Sequence record: NC_070956.1
Reading direction: 5' to 3' (one strand)
Length of the DNA: 64,000 nt
Shown one piece after another: positions 10,505 to 20,271 of the stretch. The position numbers and the translations under genes are program-made. Under the pieces are notes generated by a model. That model had not been told where the DNA came from and made no database searches. It saw nothing but the letters and a program-made list of their open reading frames with translations. The stretch's first letter is position 1; the number at the start of each line of letters is the position of its first letter.

Positions 10505-12985
10505 ATGATTACTGGTTTGATTATAAAGGATTGCATTCCGCTCGTAAGAAAAGGCATTACCAGTATTGAATTGGACACCAGAGAGCAGTGGAACATCCTG
10601 ATAGCCAGAAACGGTTTCGGGAAAACCACACTGCTTCGTTTAATGACCCCGCTTCCTCCCGACAATGCTGACTTTGGACCCAATGGTTACAAAGAGTGGC
10701 GTTTTGTCGATGACCGCGGGACATTCATTCTCAAAAGCAAAACTGGTAAAAACTCTACTCACGAATTTATTCATAACGGCACCAACCTCAATGAGGGTAA
10801 AACCCTTATGGTGCAACGAGACCTCGTCAAGATACACTTTGGTATCACTCAACAGATTGTTGACGTTTTGACAGGACTTGATATTCGTGATCTATTCACT
10901 ACCATGTCGGCGGCACGTCGCAAAGACTTCCTGATGACTGTTAACCCCAATGACACGTCATATGCACTGAAACGTTGGGAGAAACTCAAGAGCAACCATA
11001 ACGCATTACGCGGTGGTTTGAAAACACAACGTCAACGTCTGGTCGTGGAAGAAGGACGTCTCACGCAGCTGGCAGCAATGGATGCTGATAAGCTCAGAGA
11101 AGAGATCGCCAACCTGGACGTTCAAATAAAGGACGCACTGGTGCTCCACGGAAAACTGGCGAATGTCAAACATCGAGAGATTCAGCCTCTCAAGCAAGAA
11201 ATCAATGACATCATTTCCAGACTCCTGGGTAACGATCACCGTATTAAACTCACTTCTGGTCAATACGGACAGCAATTGGAAGATCTCACTACCAGACTCG
11301 ACCGATTGAACCTGGCGTCCAGCAGACTGTCCGGGATCCACGCAGAGCTCGTTCAACAGCTCCAGGGTGTAGATTCAGGGAGTCAAAATCTCGATGGCTA
11401 CAAGAAGCGTGTAGAGATGATTGAGCAAACTCTTGAAAGTCTCAAGTCCAATATTGAACTGATCGAACTGTTCTTTACTGATCATCAGTTCTTTATGGAA
11501 GGTGAGCTCTTTAAGAGCGAAGCGGTAACAACTAATGGTGTTGAGTTGGTCGAACAACTCCGATTGGTTCATCGTGCTCGTGACGAGAACGCTACTAGTG
11601 AGAAGTTTAAATCCATTCAGGAGAAACTGACTCACAAGAAAAATGAACTGGCGAACATCGAAGCCGACATCACCCAGATCAATCACCAACTCCAACATTA
11701 CCAGAAAGCGGAAACGGTTGAATGTCCTGATTGTACCAAGAAGTTCAAACTGGGGTTTGAAAAGTTCAATCCTCAAGAACTGGTAAAAATCAGAGACGAG
11801 CGAGTTGCCAACAAAGAAGTCATCCAAGCCCAAATTCGTAAGTACAGCGATTATGTCGAGGCTAACGAAGATTGGTACGGGACCATGGCAAGTTTCATGA
11901 GATACGTACGTCGTCTTGAACACTCAGATGAGATTCTCCGTCTGGTGAGTCATTACAATGTAGGTAAAGCTGAAACAATCGTACTTCAAGAGTGTCTCCG
12001 CCGAGCGGTTCAGCTGGACAGGTCGGTAAAACAGTACGCGAGCCTGGAGGAAGAGAAACAAAGTCTGGTACGTGACATTAGTTACCTTGAAAGTTCTGAT
12101 GTTAATGCACTGTTCCTGAGAGCCGAAGAAGTTGAGCGTGAAATGGCCATCACTCAACGTCAGATGGGACGTGTTCGTCAGGACATCAAGGATACACAGG
12201 AGAAAATCGACATCATTATCGATGATGGTTATCGCCGTGACCGCCTTAGTGAACTGATGGCACAAATCCAAGATGTGCTTGAACAGAACGGTCTGTACCG
12301 GATCAAGTTACGGGTTAAGGAAGCTATCGACGAACTTTCACCTCAGAAAGAACAGATGATCGGCAACCTCATTCGTGCTGAATCTCTGAACTCCGTTATC
12401 CAGTCAATCAAGGATGATATCGCAAACCTTGAAAAACGTGAACGTCATACTCAACTTCTGTTGGATGGACTTTCTCCGGTTAAAGGGTTCATTGGTTATC
12501 TCATGAATGACTTCCTCAAATCAGTCATCGGGAACATCAACGTAATCCTTCAAGAGGTGTGGACAACTCGTCTTCGTGTTCTTAACTGTTCGACCAGTAA
12601 AGATGAGGATAGTGTTGACCTCAACTACCAGTTCCCAGCTCTGACCAGTTCCGATAACCATCCTAACAAAGATATCTCTCAATGTTCAGGTGGTGAGCGT
12701 GAACTCATCAACTTTGCTTTCCGCCTTGTGGTTCTTCGTTACCTGGGATCAAAATGTGGAATTCCATTGATGATGGATGAAGTCGGTGTTGCACTGGATG
12801 AGCTTCACCGTGGGATGTTCCGTGCTTGGATGTCTGAGCAGAATCGTACAGATGCGTTGCCGAAGGTCTTTATGATCTCTCACGACTACGCTCAGTTCGG
12901 TGCAACTCACGCCAACTTTATCGGACTGAATACCGAAGGGTTGAAGGTTCCGGCTAATGTCAATGCCAGAAGTGTGATACGTTAA
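10505..12985 (+). CDS. sbcC: SbcC/Rad50-like SMC ATPase
   Basis: Walker A ARNGFGKTT, long coiled coil with central CPDC zinc hook, signature CSGGE, Walker B LMMDE, H-loop ISHD. Confidence 0.9.
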   Translation: MITGLIIKDCIPLVRKGITSIELDTREQWNILIARNGFGKTTLLRLMTPLPPDNADFGPNGYKEWRFVDDRGTFILKSKTGKNSTHEFIHNGTNLNEGKTLMVQRDLVKIHFGITQQIVDVLTGLDIRDLFTTMSAARRKDFLMTVNPNDTSYALKRWEKLKSNHNALRGGLKTQRQRLVVEEGRLTQLAAMDADKLREEIANLDVQIKDALVLHGKLANVKHREIQPLKQEINDIISRLLGNDHRIKLTSGQYGQQLEDLTTRLDRLNLASSRLSGIHAELVQQLQGVDSGSQNLDGYKKRVEMIEQTLESLKSNIELIELFFTDHQFFMEGELFKSEAVTTNGVELVEQLRLVHRARDENATSEKFKSIQEKLTHKKNELANIEADITQINHQLQHYQKAETVECPDCTKKFKLGFEKFNPQELVKIRDERVANKEVIQAQIRKYSDYVEANEDWYGTMASFMRYVRRLEHSDEILRLVSHYNVGKAETIVLQECLRRAVQLDRSVKQYASLEEEKQSLVRDISYLESSDVNALFLRAEEVEREMAITQRQMGRVRQDIKDTQEKIDIIIDDGYRRDRLSELMAQIQDVLEQNGLYRIKLRVKEAIDELSPQKEQMIGNLIRAESLNSVIQSIKDDIANLEKRERHTQLLLDGLSPVKGFIGYLMNDFLKSVIGNINVILQEVWTTRLRVLNCSTSKDEDSVDLNYQFPALTSSDNHPNKDISQCSGGERELINFAFRLVVLRYLGSKCGIPLMMDEVGVALDELHRGMFRAWMSEQNRTDALPKVFMISHDYAQFGATHANFIGLNTEGLKVPANVNARSVIR

Positions 12986-12988
12986 GCT

Positions 12989-13022
12989 AGAACTTCTCAG
13001 AAGCAATTCTGAGAAGTTCTTT
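12989..13022 (+). terminator. Terminator-like hairpin
   Basis: Perfect 14-bp inverted repeat AGAACTTCTCAGAA-GCAA-TTCTGAGAAGTTCT then TT. Confidence 0.7.
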
Positions 13023-13120
13023 AACTATGTCTATGGACTTTTACCTATATTGTGCCAAGAGCTGTTATATGTCGTTATGCGACGTATAACGACTGAATGG
13101 TTTATGTTCCGCTATATCTT

Positions 13121-13145
13121 TTCAGATAGATATTATCCCAATGTA
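13121..13145 (+). promoter_or_regulatory. Putative phage early promoter (copy 1 of 8)
   Basis: TTCAGATAGATATTATCCCAATGTA, intergenic, upstream of 13202. Confidence 0.7.
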
Positions 13146-13201
13146 TGCACGTGGAGAAATTTGTGTATTACGCTTGAAGTACAAACAACTAGGAGTGACC
13201 T

Positions 13202-13960
13202 ATGAAGACGTACATTATGCTGATCATCGCTATGCTGTTCAGCACCATGGCTAACGCCTCCGTTGCCACTACGAGTACTAAGTACAACGCTTATGCTCAA
13301 CAAGTAATGCTGGATCGTTTCGACAGCATCAAAGGTGAGCTTTACGAAGCCTCCATCACGACCGGTATCAACATGAACGAGTTGGTTGCTATCGGTTCCC
13401 TCGAGTCTAAACTGAAGAACAATGTTCGACCTAAACGTGGAACAGCTCAAGGTGTACTCCAATACACCAATTCCACTTGGAAGAACAAACGTAAACAATA
13501 CGCAGAAGAACTCGGTGTTCCAGCCAATGCCCACCAAACCAATCTCAAGGCCAACTTGACTATTGGTGGGAAGGATTTACAGGACACCAAAGCAAGTCTC
13601 ATCGCTCGCACGCATCTCACTGAAGAAACACTCACCTTAGGTGATGTTTATATGTCTCATTTCCTGGGAGAAGATGGTGCAGTTAAAGTGATCAATTCGT
13701 ACAGTCACAAACCACTCAATCAAATTGTGACTTTGCATGCAGGAAACACTTACTATTACAAGCCTAACGGTCAGGTCCGGACTGCGCGAGAAATGCGGCA
13801 GTACATGGATAAACTCGTTAAGGAAGAGTCACGGGTATATGAAGAAGCAATCATGCATTACCAAGTAAAGCGGATCTTCTCTCCTGTACACCAGTTGCTC
13901 ACCGTCCTCCAGTCCAATCCCGTCAAAGACGTATTGGCTCGAGCGATAGTTCAAAGTTAA
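13202..13960 (+). CDS. Lytic transglycosylase (SLT / phiKZ gp144-like catalytic domain) with signal peptide
   Basis: Signal peptide MKTYIMLIIAMLFSTMANA; catalytic LES; GVLQYTNSTW; VYMSHFLGEDGA. Confidence 0.75.
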   Translation: MKTYIMLIIAMLFSTMANASVATTSTKYNAYAQQVMLDRFDSIKGELYEASITTGINMNELVAIGSLESKLKNNVRPKRGTAQGVLQYTNSTWKNKRKQYAEELGVPANAHQTNLKANLTIGGKDLQDTKASLIARTHLTEETLTLGDVYMSHFLGEDGAVKVINSYSHKPLNQIVTLHAGNTYYYKPNGQVRTAREMRQYMDKLVKEESRVYEEAIMHYQVKRIFSPVHQLLTVLQSNPVKDVLARAIVQS

Positions 13961-14019
13961 ATGGTAACGGGGTTCATGATGATATGGCGAGAACAATCTT
14001 TTATCTAAAGGCATTCATC

Positions 14020-14283
14020 ATGACCATTTCTGCTCTGGAATTTCAATGTCAGGTTCATCCTGATGGTTCGTTGGAACCTGTAAATCATTTCACCGGCAAC
14101 ATCATCACTGTCACTACCAACACCGACGTTAACGGTCAAAAGACTGGTTCCGTTGCTGTGCTGAACAGCGTGATCGCTTATCTGAGTTATGACTTCTCCG
14201 GTAACCGTGTTGTGGGATACACACCCACTTACGATAACCCGACAGTCATGAAAACCATGGAGCGTCTCTTCCCGCTTCTTTAA
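14020..14283 (+). CDS. Hypothetical protein
   Basis: ORF; start refined to the ATG after AAAGG. Confidence 0.6.
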   Translation: MTISALEFQCQVHPDGSLEPVNHFTGNIITVTTNTDVNGQKTGSVAVLNSVIAYLSYDFSGNRVVGYTPTYDNPTVMKTMERLFPLL

Positions 14284-14309
14284 TTGGAAGAAACTGTAAT
14301 GAACATACT

Positions 14310-14349
14310 CCTGGGATGGCCGTTTGGTCATCCCAGGTTATGTTTCTTT
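14310..14349 (+). terminator. Rho-independent terminator
   Basis: CCTGGGATGGCC-GTTT-GGTCATCCCAGG then TTATGTTTCTTT. Confidence 0.7.
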
Positions 14350-14362
14350 AGAGGAACTTGAA

Positions 14363-14530
14363 ATGAAAGTTGAACACGAGGTAACCGAGGTTATTCTGAA
14401 CTATCACGAATTTACTATTGTGACAGTGAAGACCCCTAAAGGTTCTTTCCAAATGTCCGTAACTGGTCACAACCAACCCAAGGCCAAGACCAGCCGTATG
14501 GCAGAATCCATTCTCAAATCAATCAAGTAA
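14363..14530 (+). CDS. Small hypothetical protein
   Basis: ATG 8 nt after GAGG; MKVEHEV... Confidence 0.55.
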   Translation: MKVEHEVTEVILNYHEFTIVTVKTPKGSFQMSVTGHNQPKAKTSRMAESILKSIK

Positions 14531-14539
14531 GGAAGTGTT

Positions 14540-15289
14540 ATGCAAATCACCAAAGCAGCGAGTCAAAACGTTTGTCTCCATAAATCAGAAAACGGTGCAA
14601 TCCAGTTGATTTATCGTCGTTCACGGGACCTGGGATTGCGGGCCTACATCAACCTCAGTACCAAAACCGAAGACGCTATGGACATCATTCCGGCGATCTG
14701 CGGTAAAACTCGATACTCCCACCGCATCATCATCGACTGGCTGACCAGCGAACACAAGAAAGAAAACTATCCGGTTGAGCTGTTCACCCTGGTAGCCGAA
14801 TACCTTTCCCTGTTCAGATCAGACCCTGCTGTCCGCAAGGCAATGAGTCAATCATTGTACAAAATGTGTGGGGCTTTGGAACGTGATTTCGAGAGATCTC
14901 GTATGTTCGGCAAGTCCAAGGGGAACCTTTTCTACAAACTGTGGGAACAGGAAGTGATCTCTCTGGATGACACCCCGAATGAAATGGAGTTCTTCCGACT
15001 CACTTTCGTCAAAACAGACACCAGCTACAATCTTGGGCTAGACTATCGTGTCCTCAAGGGAGACAAACCTGGCTGTTATGCAGGTCGTGTCGATCTGTCC
15101 AGGAACCCACCCATGGGGATTGACCAAATTTACGCACTGATCTGTAACGGGGTAAAGACCGTCGAACAGTGGAAACACATTTCCGGTGAACGAGCTGAAA
15201 CCATCTTGGAAACCGCTGAGTACAACATGCACGCCGACCTTGCTATGTTGGAAGAAGTGAGCTACCGTCACCAATGTAAACTCATCTAG
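14540..15289 (+). CDS. Hypothetical protein
   Basis: 249-aa ORF with AAGGAAG RBS, operon-like packing. Confidence 0.75.
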   Translation: MQITKAASQNVCLHKSENGAIQLIYRRSRDLGLRAYINLSTKTEDAMDIIPAICGKTRYSHRIIIDWLTSEHKKENYPVELFTLVAEYLSLFRSDPAVRKAMSQSLYKMCGALERDFERSRMFGKSKGNLFYKLWEQEVISLDDTPNEMEFFRLTFVKTDTSYNLGLDYRVLKGDKPGCYAGRVDLSRNPPMGIDQIYALICNGVKTVEQWKHISGERAETILETAEYNMHADLAMLEEVSYRHQCKLI

Positions 15290-15297
15290 GAGTTTAA

Positions 15298-17274
15298 ATG
15301 GAAGTTATGCAAGAACTGACCAAATTGGAGGCGTTGATCGCATACCACGATCACATGTTCTTCGAAGAGGATCGACCAATCATCTCTGATAGTTCGTATG
15401 ACTTGTTAGTAGCTCGTCGTAAAGAGTTGATGGAAAAGGTACCCGATTATAAACCAAGCCATGTACCTGGTTTTGTTCAATCCACCAGTCTCCTCCAGAC
15501 CGTCAAGTTCCACGAACCGATGTTGTCTGTCGATAAACACAAAACGGGGGAGAGTATCAAGGCTTGGTCTGCTAAGCAATTAGCACCGTTGGGGTTCAGT
15601 GATGAAGAGAAGTTGGATGGAGTGGCACTCAGGGCCATCTACGAATACGGGGTCATAACTGATCTCCATCTTCGTGGTGATGGCGAGGGTACTTCCGTTA
15701 TCCACCGTCTCCCGATCATGGTCGATATCCAAACGGTGATATCGGAGTTCATGACGGAACCCAGGGTAGAGGTGACTGGTGAAGCATACGTTACCTTTAA
15801 AGATCTGAATGAATACGCCGATCAATGGAACATTGAAAGCGCCGAGTCCAGGTCAACTGTTAACGGCATGTTGAAACGTTTGGTACCTGAAGAATCTGAC
15901 ACCCTCCCGATCAGGTTCAAAGCGTTCCATGCTAGCGAAAACATCCGGTCCAAGTTCAAAAGTTATCTTGAACTTCGGGAGTATCTCAAATCGGTTGGAT
16001 TCGACGTTCCTGTTCTCATCTCGGAAGAGGAAATAGAGTCCATGTTTGACATGACTCGTAAACCGGTCGGGGAATATGCCATTGACGGGATCGTTCGTAA
16101 GAACAATGATCTCTCCCAGTGGAATGACCGTCACATGTCTGGTTACTGGACATATGCCGCTTGTTATAAGTATCCTACCAACATTTCCCAAACAACCTTG
16201 CTGGACGTAATCTGGAGCATCAACACGAAGGGTTACTTGGAAGGGACTGTGTTGTACGAGCCGGTCAAGTATGACGGTTCTATCATCCAACGTGCTCGTT
16301 TCAATTATCCTGAACAGTACATCGCTGCCGGCCTGGCTAAAGGGTCCATTATCGAAGTAACCAAGGCCAACGAGATCATTCCTTATATGGTGGGGATGTT
16401 GACTGCTGGCGATGGAGAAAAGATCAAGTATCCAGAACGCTGTCCGATCTGTGAAGACCTGGTGGAACGTGAAGCGCCGGCAATGTATCGTTGCGTAAAC
16501 GAGAACTGCCCTGGGGCGTTCCTGACCAGAGCTGAACGGCTGGTATCTCCCAAGGGTCTGAACGTCGCCAGTTTGGGTCCTAAACGACTCCTGAGATTGA
16601 TCGACAGTGGTTACTTCAATGAACCCGCTGATCTCTTCAATCTGAAACACCATCACTTTGACAACCTCCAGTTCGATAACGGGGTAGCCGATAAAGTGAT
16701 CAGGAGTCTGGAGAAAGCTAAGAAGGCCGGTCTGAACAACTGGTTATACGCAGCGTGTATACCGGAACTTGGTTTTACCAGGGCGACAGAACTAGCCAAT
16801 CAGTTTGGTAAGCGTTACACCAAACTCGATAACTTTATGGAGACCATGCAGAACGGCGAATATCTCCGTTCACTGTTCAACAGTAAAGATGGGTTTGTGA
16901 TGGCGGCTTGGGTCGAGAAGAACCATGACGAACTCTACAACTTCCTGGATAAATATGACTGGGATTCCTGTAAGGTTCAAGATGGTGATCTGGTTCCTAT
17001 CGGTATTACTGGTTCGTGGAACTACACTCGTGATGAGATGAAGTCTCTGTTGGCTGAAGAAGGATTCTTCCTGGACTCTATATCCAAGGGAGTCAAAGCA
17101 GTCTTGGTGGGAGAGAAAGCCTCCCCATCTAAATTAAAGAAAGCCGAGAAGTGGAACATCCCACTTATCAAACTCGATAAACTCATGACCTTCGATATGT
17201 TGATCGCCATTCTCAAAGGTGAAGGAAACGTTATATCTTGGTCACCGTCCTCAAAGGTAAAGGAAACGCTATGA
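15298..17274 (+). CDS. ligA: NAD-dependent DNA ligase
   Basis: Domain Ia YHDHMFF..ISDSSYD, KxDG motif EKLDG, AACYKY, OB fold, zinc finger CPIC...YRCVNENC, HhH repeats, C-terminal BRCT. Confidence 0.95.
   Translation: MEVMQELTKLEALIAYHDHMFFEEDRPIISDSSYDLLVARRKELMEKVPDYKPSHVPGFVQSTSLLQTVKFHEPMLSVDKHKTGESIKAWSAKQLAPLGFSDEEKLDGVALRAIYEYGVITDLHLRGDGEGTSVIHRLPIMVDIQTVISEFMTEPRVEVTGEAYVTFKDLNEYADQWNIESAESRSTVNGMLKRLVPEESDTLPIRFKAFHASENIRSKFKSYLELREYLKSVGFDVPVLISEEEIESMFDMTRKPVGEYAIDGIVRKNNDLSQWNDRHMSGYWTYAACYKYPTNISQTTLLDVIWSINTKGYLEGTVLYEPVKYDGSIIQRARFNYPEQYIAAGLAKGSIIEVTKANEIIPYMVGMLTAGDGEKIKYPERCPICEDLVEREAPAMYRCVNENCPGAFLTRAERLVSPKGLNVASLGPKRLLRLIDSGYFNEPADLFNLKHHHFDNLQFDNGVADKVIRSLEKAKKAGLNNWLYAACIPELGFTRATELANQFGKRYTKLDNFMETMQNGEYLRSLFNSKDGFVMAAWVEKNHDELYNFLDKYDWDSCKVQDGDLVPIGITGSWNYTRDEMKSLLAEEGFFLDSISKGVKAVLVGEKASPSKLKKAEKWNIPLIKLDKLMTFDMLIAILKGEGNVISWSPSSKVKETL
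17195..17270 (+). repeat. Imperfect 38-bp tandem duplication at the ligA 3' end
   Basis: 17195-17232 vs 17233-17270, 31/38 identical. Confidence 0.85.
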
Positions 17275-17585
17275 ACGCTGCAATCAAATTGGTAATCTCT
17301 CTGTCCACTCGTAACAAAGAAGTCTGTGACAAGATCGCAGACATTCTCACACTGGAAGGCGTGATGCACGCCGAAGTAGTGACCAGTCGGTCCGTACAGT
17401 TCGTCACTTTCCAACCCGGTGTGACTGTAAACACCAGCCACATCGATTCCAGACTCTCTGAAATCGACGTGTCCGTCCTCGGCACCATGCGCGACCAACA
17501 GGGTGACTTCCATGTCCTCTGTAAAGTAGGTAAAGGTTCCATCGACCTTTCCCAACAGAGCAGGCTCGCGAAGGGTCTCTTCTAA
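17271..17585 (+). CDS. Hypothetical protein
   Basis: ATGA overlap with the ligA stop; AAGGA RBS. Confidence 0.7.
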   Translation: MNAAIKLVISLSTRNKEVCDKIADILTLEGVMHAEVVTSRSVQFVTFQPGVTVNTSHIDSRLSEIDVSVLGTMRDQQGDFHVLCKVGKGSIDLSQQSRLAKGLF

Positions 17586-17588
17586 GGA

Positions 17589-17870
17589 GTGAAGATGTTT
17601 GAAGGTCGTGCTATTAATGTCATCATCTCGTTTGCAAGTCAGGGTGCTTACACTGAGAAGATGATCGAAATGGCCGCCGGTAAGTTGGTAGTGCCAGGTG
17701 AGGTTCATCTGGCACATGCCGACAAGATGGGTGTACGCTACCTCTGTGTATCCCAACGCCGTGCGGAGCGTTTCGCGAAAGAGATTGGTAAGGATTGTGG
17801 TTTCGCCAAAATCATCACCCGTACCACCGATAAACAAGAAAACATCATTCTGATGGGAGTTCCCTCATGA
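17589..17870 (+). CDS. Hypothetical protein
   Basis: AAGGAG RBS; start GTG 17589 or ATG 17595. Confidence 0.65.
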   Translation: MKMFEGRAINVIISFASQGAYTEKMIEMAAGKLVVPGEVHLAHADKMGVRYLCVSQRRAERFAKEIGKDCGFAKIITRTTDKQENIILMGVPS

Positions 17871-18211
17871 AGAATCCGTTTGACGTGTCAACCCCCGAGT
17901 ACCACATCCTGGGTCGTCACCAAGTGGCCACCATTTCTCAAACCTACAGTTGTGCACCGAGAGTCCTGGGTGTCGAGCTCGGTGAAAACCGCGGTGTAAA
18001 GGAATGTAAGGAACTCTGGGCTCAAGGTAAACTCCAAGAGTTTATCGGGGAAACTACCGGCGATGTCATGAGACATCGTGAATTGCTCCGCACCGGAGCA
18101 AAGCGGGATGACCTCTTCAAATTCCTCGATACCGGGAACGAGAAACCACTCCCGGTCGGTTCACTCGGTCTTGCTGGCTGGGAAAACTTCGTAAGTCAAG
18201 AAATTCATTAA
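17867..18211 (+). CDS. Hypothetical protein
   Basis: ATGA-coupled ORF, GGAG RBS. Confidence 0.65.
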   Translation: MKNPFDVSTPEYHILGRHQVATISQTYSCAPRVLGVELGENRGVKECKELWAQGKLQEFIGETTGDVMRHRELLRTGAKRDDLFKFLDTGNEKPLPVGSLGLAGWENFVSQEIH

Positions 18212-18216
18212 TACGA

Positions 18217-18250
18217 GAGTTAGCAGGGTCGTCCTGCTAACTCCTCTTTA
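18217..18250 (+). terminator. Terminator-like hairpin
   Basis: GAGTTAGCAGG-GTCGT-CCTGCTAACTC then CTCTTTA. Confidence 0.65.
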
Positions 18251-18267
18251 CTATATAAGGAAACGAT

Positions 18268-18969
18268 ATGAACGCTATTGTAATGAAAACTAACTCCTTG
18301 GACGGCAACAAAGTGGTTACTCTCCCGGCTATGTCCGACTACCTCACTATCGCCCGTCATCTCTACCCTCAAGCAGAGATGTTCAATCTGTACCACTGTG
18401 TACATGTTGAACTTAAAGAAGTGCTCGTCGCACTCTTTGATCTGGGAATGACTTCGGTGATCGTTAATGATCACTTCATCACCGCTACCATGGATAACCG
18501 TGGGATAGTTCGTTGGTCAATTGACAACATCACCTACGTGACTGGTGATCTCTTCCCCGAGGAAGATGACTACAAGAACTTGGAGAATAATGCATCCCAG
18601 GCTTGGAGTCGTGTGTTCACGGCCTGGATGTGTGAAGAACACGCCGAGAAAGACTTCGTGGAATTGATCTCTCATTTTGGTGGTGTCAAGATGGAGAATT
18701 ATGTTCCGGATGTTAACCTGAACACACTGTATAGCGAAGTGCTCTTTGCTGTGGTGCGTTCCGAGAAGTCCGGTGTCACTGAGTTGTCTCTTCCTGTACG
18801 ACTCCCCAACGCAGAAATCCTTGCAGAGTTGTCAAACATCGATAACACCGGGTTTGTCTTCAAGGTCTCTCATCCGATGATGGGGTTCCGGACAATCGTT
18901 AATATGGGCAGCATGTTCCCGTCTATTGAGAACATGAACGCTTACTGTAAAGCCACTGAAACCTTCTAA
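18268..18969 (+). CDS. Hypothetical protein
   Basis: 233-aa ORF with AAGGA RBS. Confidence 0.75.
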   Translation: MNAIVMKTNSLDGNKVVTLPAMSDYLTIARHLYPQAEMFNLYHCVHVELKEVLVALFDLGMTSVIVNDHFITATMDNRGIVRWSIDNITYVTGDLFPEEDDYKNLENNASQAWSRVFTAWMCEEHAEKDFVELISHFGGVKMENYVPDVNLNTLYSEVLFAVVRSEKSGVTELSLPVRLPNAEILAELSNIDNTGFVFKVSHPMMGFRTIVNMGSMFPSIENMNAYCKATETF

Positions 18970-18979
18970 GGAGAATACC

Positions 18980-19594
18980 ATGATTTTCAATATCACTGAT
19001 AAGAGCTCCAAAACAGAGACATCTGAAGTCCGCCGCATCGTTCTGGAAGCTGACACCGAGGTCCTGGTTATCGACATGGTCAAACCTATCGATAAACGCC
19101 GGCATCCGTCTCACATTCCCGTCGATGTCACTGTGAGTGACCATTACGGAAAGGTACTGATGTCCTATCCCAGCCGACTCCAACTCGACTCAGCTCTTAT
19201 CCAGATCTACACTGAACTGGAGTTGAAAGTCAAGCTCAAGTCCTGCAAAATAGAAGATCACGGAACCGTCCTGTTTTCACTCTCTGAAATAGCGATGTGT
19301 TTCGGAACCACGCTCACTCCGCATCTTCTCGATATGGAGCATGAGTGCGTTCTCCCCAACGGTCTGTATCTCGGTGAAAGCGAAGACCATCCGTATCGGA
19401 TCACTGTCACCCGGAAACACTCTGCTGGTTATGCCGGCGACGTTGTGACCACAATCAAGTCGGAATACACCGGCCTCGCTAACCAAGGAACTGCGGTCCG
19501 GTCCTACACTCACGTGACCATTCCTACTGAAACCCCACTGACTACCGATGAGAAGTATTTCTCGAAACTCCTCGAGTACATCGGAATGAACTAA
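18980..19594 (+). CDS. Hypothetical protein
   Basis: 204-aa ORF with AAGGAG RBS. Confidence 0.75.
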   Translation: MIFNITDKSSKTETSEVRRIVLEADTEVLVIDMVKPIDKRRHPSHIPVDVTVSDHYGKVLMSYPSRLQLDSALIQIYTELELKVKLKSCKIEDHGTVLFSLSEIAMCFGTTLTPHLLDMEHECVLPNGLYLGESEDHPYRITVTRKHSAGYAGDVVTTIKSEYTGLANQGTAVRSYTHVTIPTETPLTTDEKYFSKLLEYIGMN

Positions 19595-19602
19595 CACTAC
19601 AG

Positions 19603-19629
19603 GGTGAATTACTTGTTAGGTAATTCACC
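19603..19629 (+). terminator. Intergenic hairpin (terminator or processing site)
   Basis: GGTGAATTAC-TTGTTAG-GTAATTCACC; weak U-tract. Confidence 0.5.
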
Positions 19630-19651
19630 TATAACCTTTCAGGAGATTGTA

Positions 19652-20047
19652 ATGATTGAACGTAAAGACCTCATGTTGGAAGCAGCAGACGAAATCATTG
19701 ACCACGCTCAAACCGCACCCGCGAATGTCAAGAAATTTCGTGCGAGTCCTGAATGGAACCTCCACCTTCTGAATCATAAACAGTCGCGATCCTTCGTCAA
19801 GATGTCAAAACGTCGTCGAAAGATCTTTCTGGCGACTCTGACACACTTCAATCCAGCGACCGGTGAAATCGGTACCACTCGTTTTGGTAAGAAGAACGGT
19901 TGGGAGTGGATTCCTGTTACCCACACGTGTACCGAGAAACACGGAAAAGCTCTTGACAACCTTTTCCAGAAATGGACTGATCTGGTATGTCAGGATGATC
20001 CCAAGCGTATCTCCACGGGGATGTACAATGTTCCAGTTGCTAAGTGA
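19652..20047 (+). CDS. Hypothetical protein (paralog of 20272)
   Basis: AGGAG RBS; SKRR...FNPATGEI motif. Confidence 0.7.
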   Translation: MIERKDLMLEAADEIIDHAQTAPANVKKFRASPEWNLHLLNHKQSRSFVKMSKRRRKIFLATLTHFNPATGEIGTTRFGKKNGWEWIPVTHTCTEKHGKALDNLFQKWTDLVCQDDPKRISTGMYNVPVAK

Positions 20048-20264
20048 CGAAGAAGTGAAAGGTAATCCCGGTCTGGATATATTTCTGACCAGGGCTGATA
20101 TTAACCCTGAACTCAGGAGAAACTTGGAGAAGCGTATGGCGAAGCTCCAGTCGGTGGGTACTTACAATCCGAGCTTTTCTATCAGGGCCCCGCAACAACC
20201 CAATACCTTGTCAGACGGCACGGAAATCGAGTTTACTGATCTCCTCAAGACTATTAAGGAGTAA
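20028..20264 (+). CDS. Hypothetical protein
   Basis: 3' part of ORF 19863..20264; start refined to MFQLLSDEE. Confidence 0.5.
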   Translation: MFQLLSDEEVKGNPGLDIFLTRADINPELRRNLEKRMAKLQSVGTYNPSFSIRAPQQPNTLSDGTEIEFTDLLKTIKE

Positions 20265-20271
20265 ACCAGTT

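Noticed and set aside
10505-12985. SbcC-like gene without sbcD
   Set aside because: The partner may simply lie outside this window; absence here is uninformative
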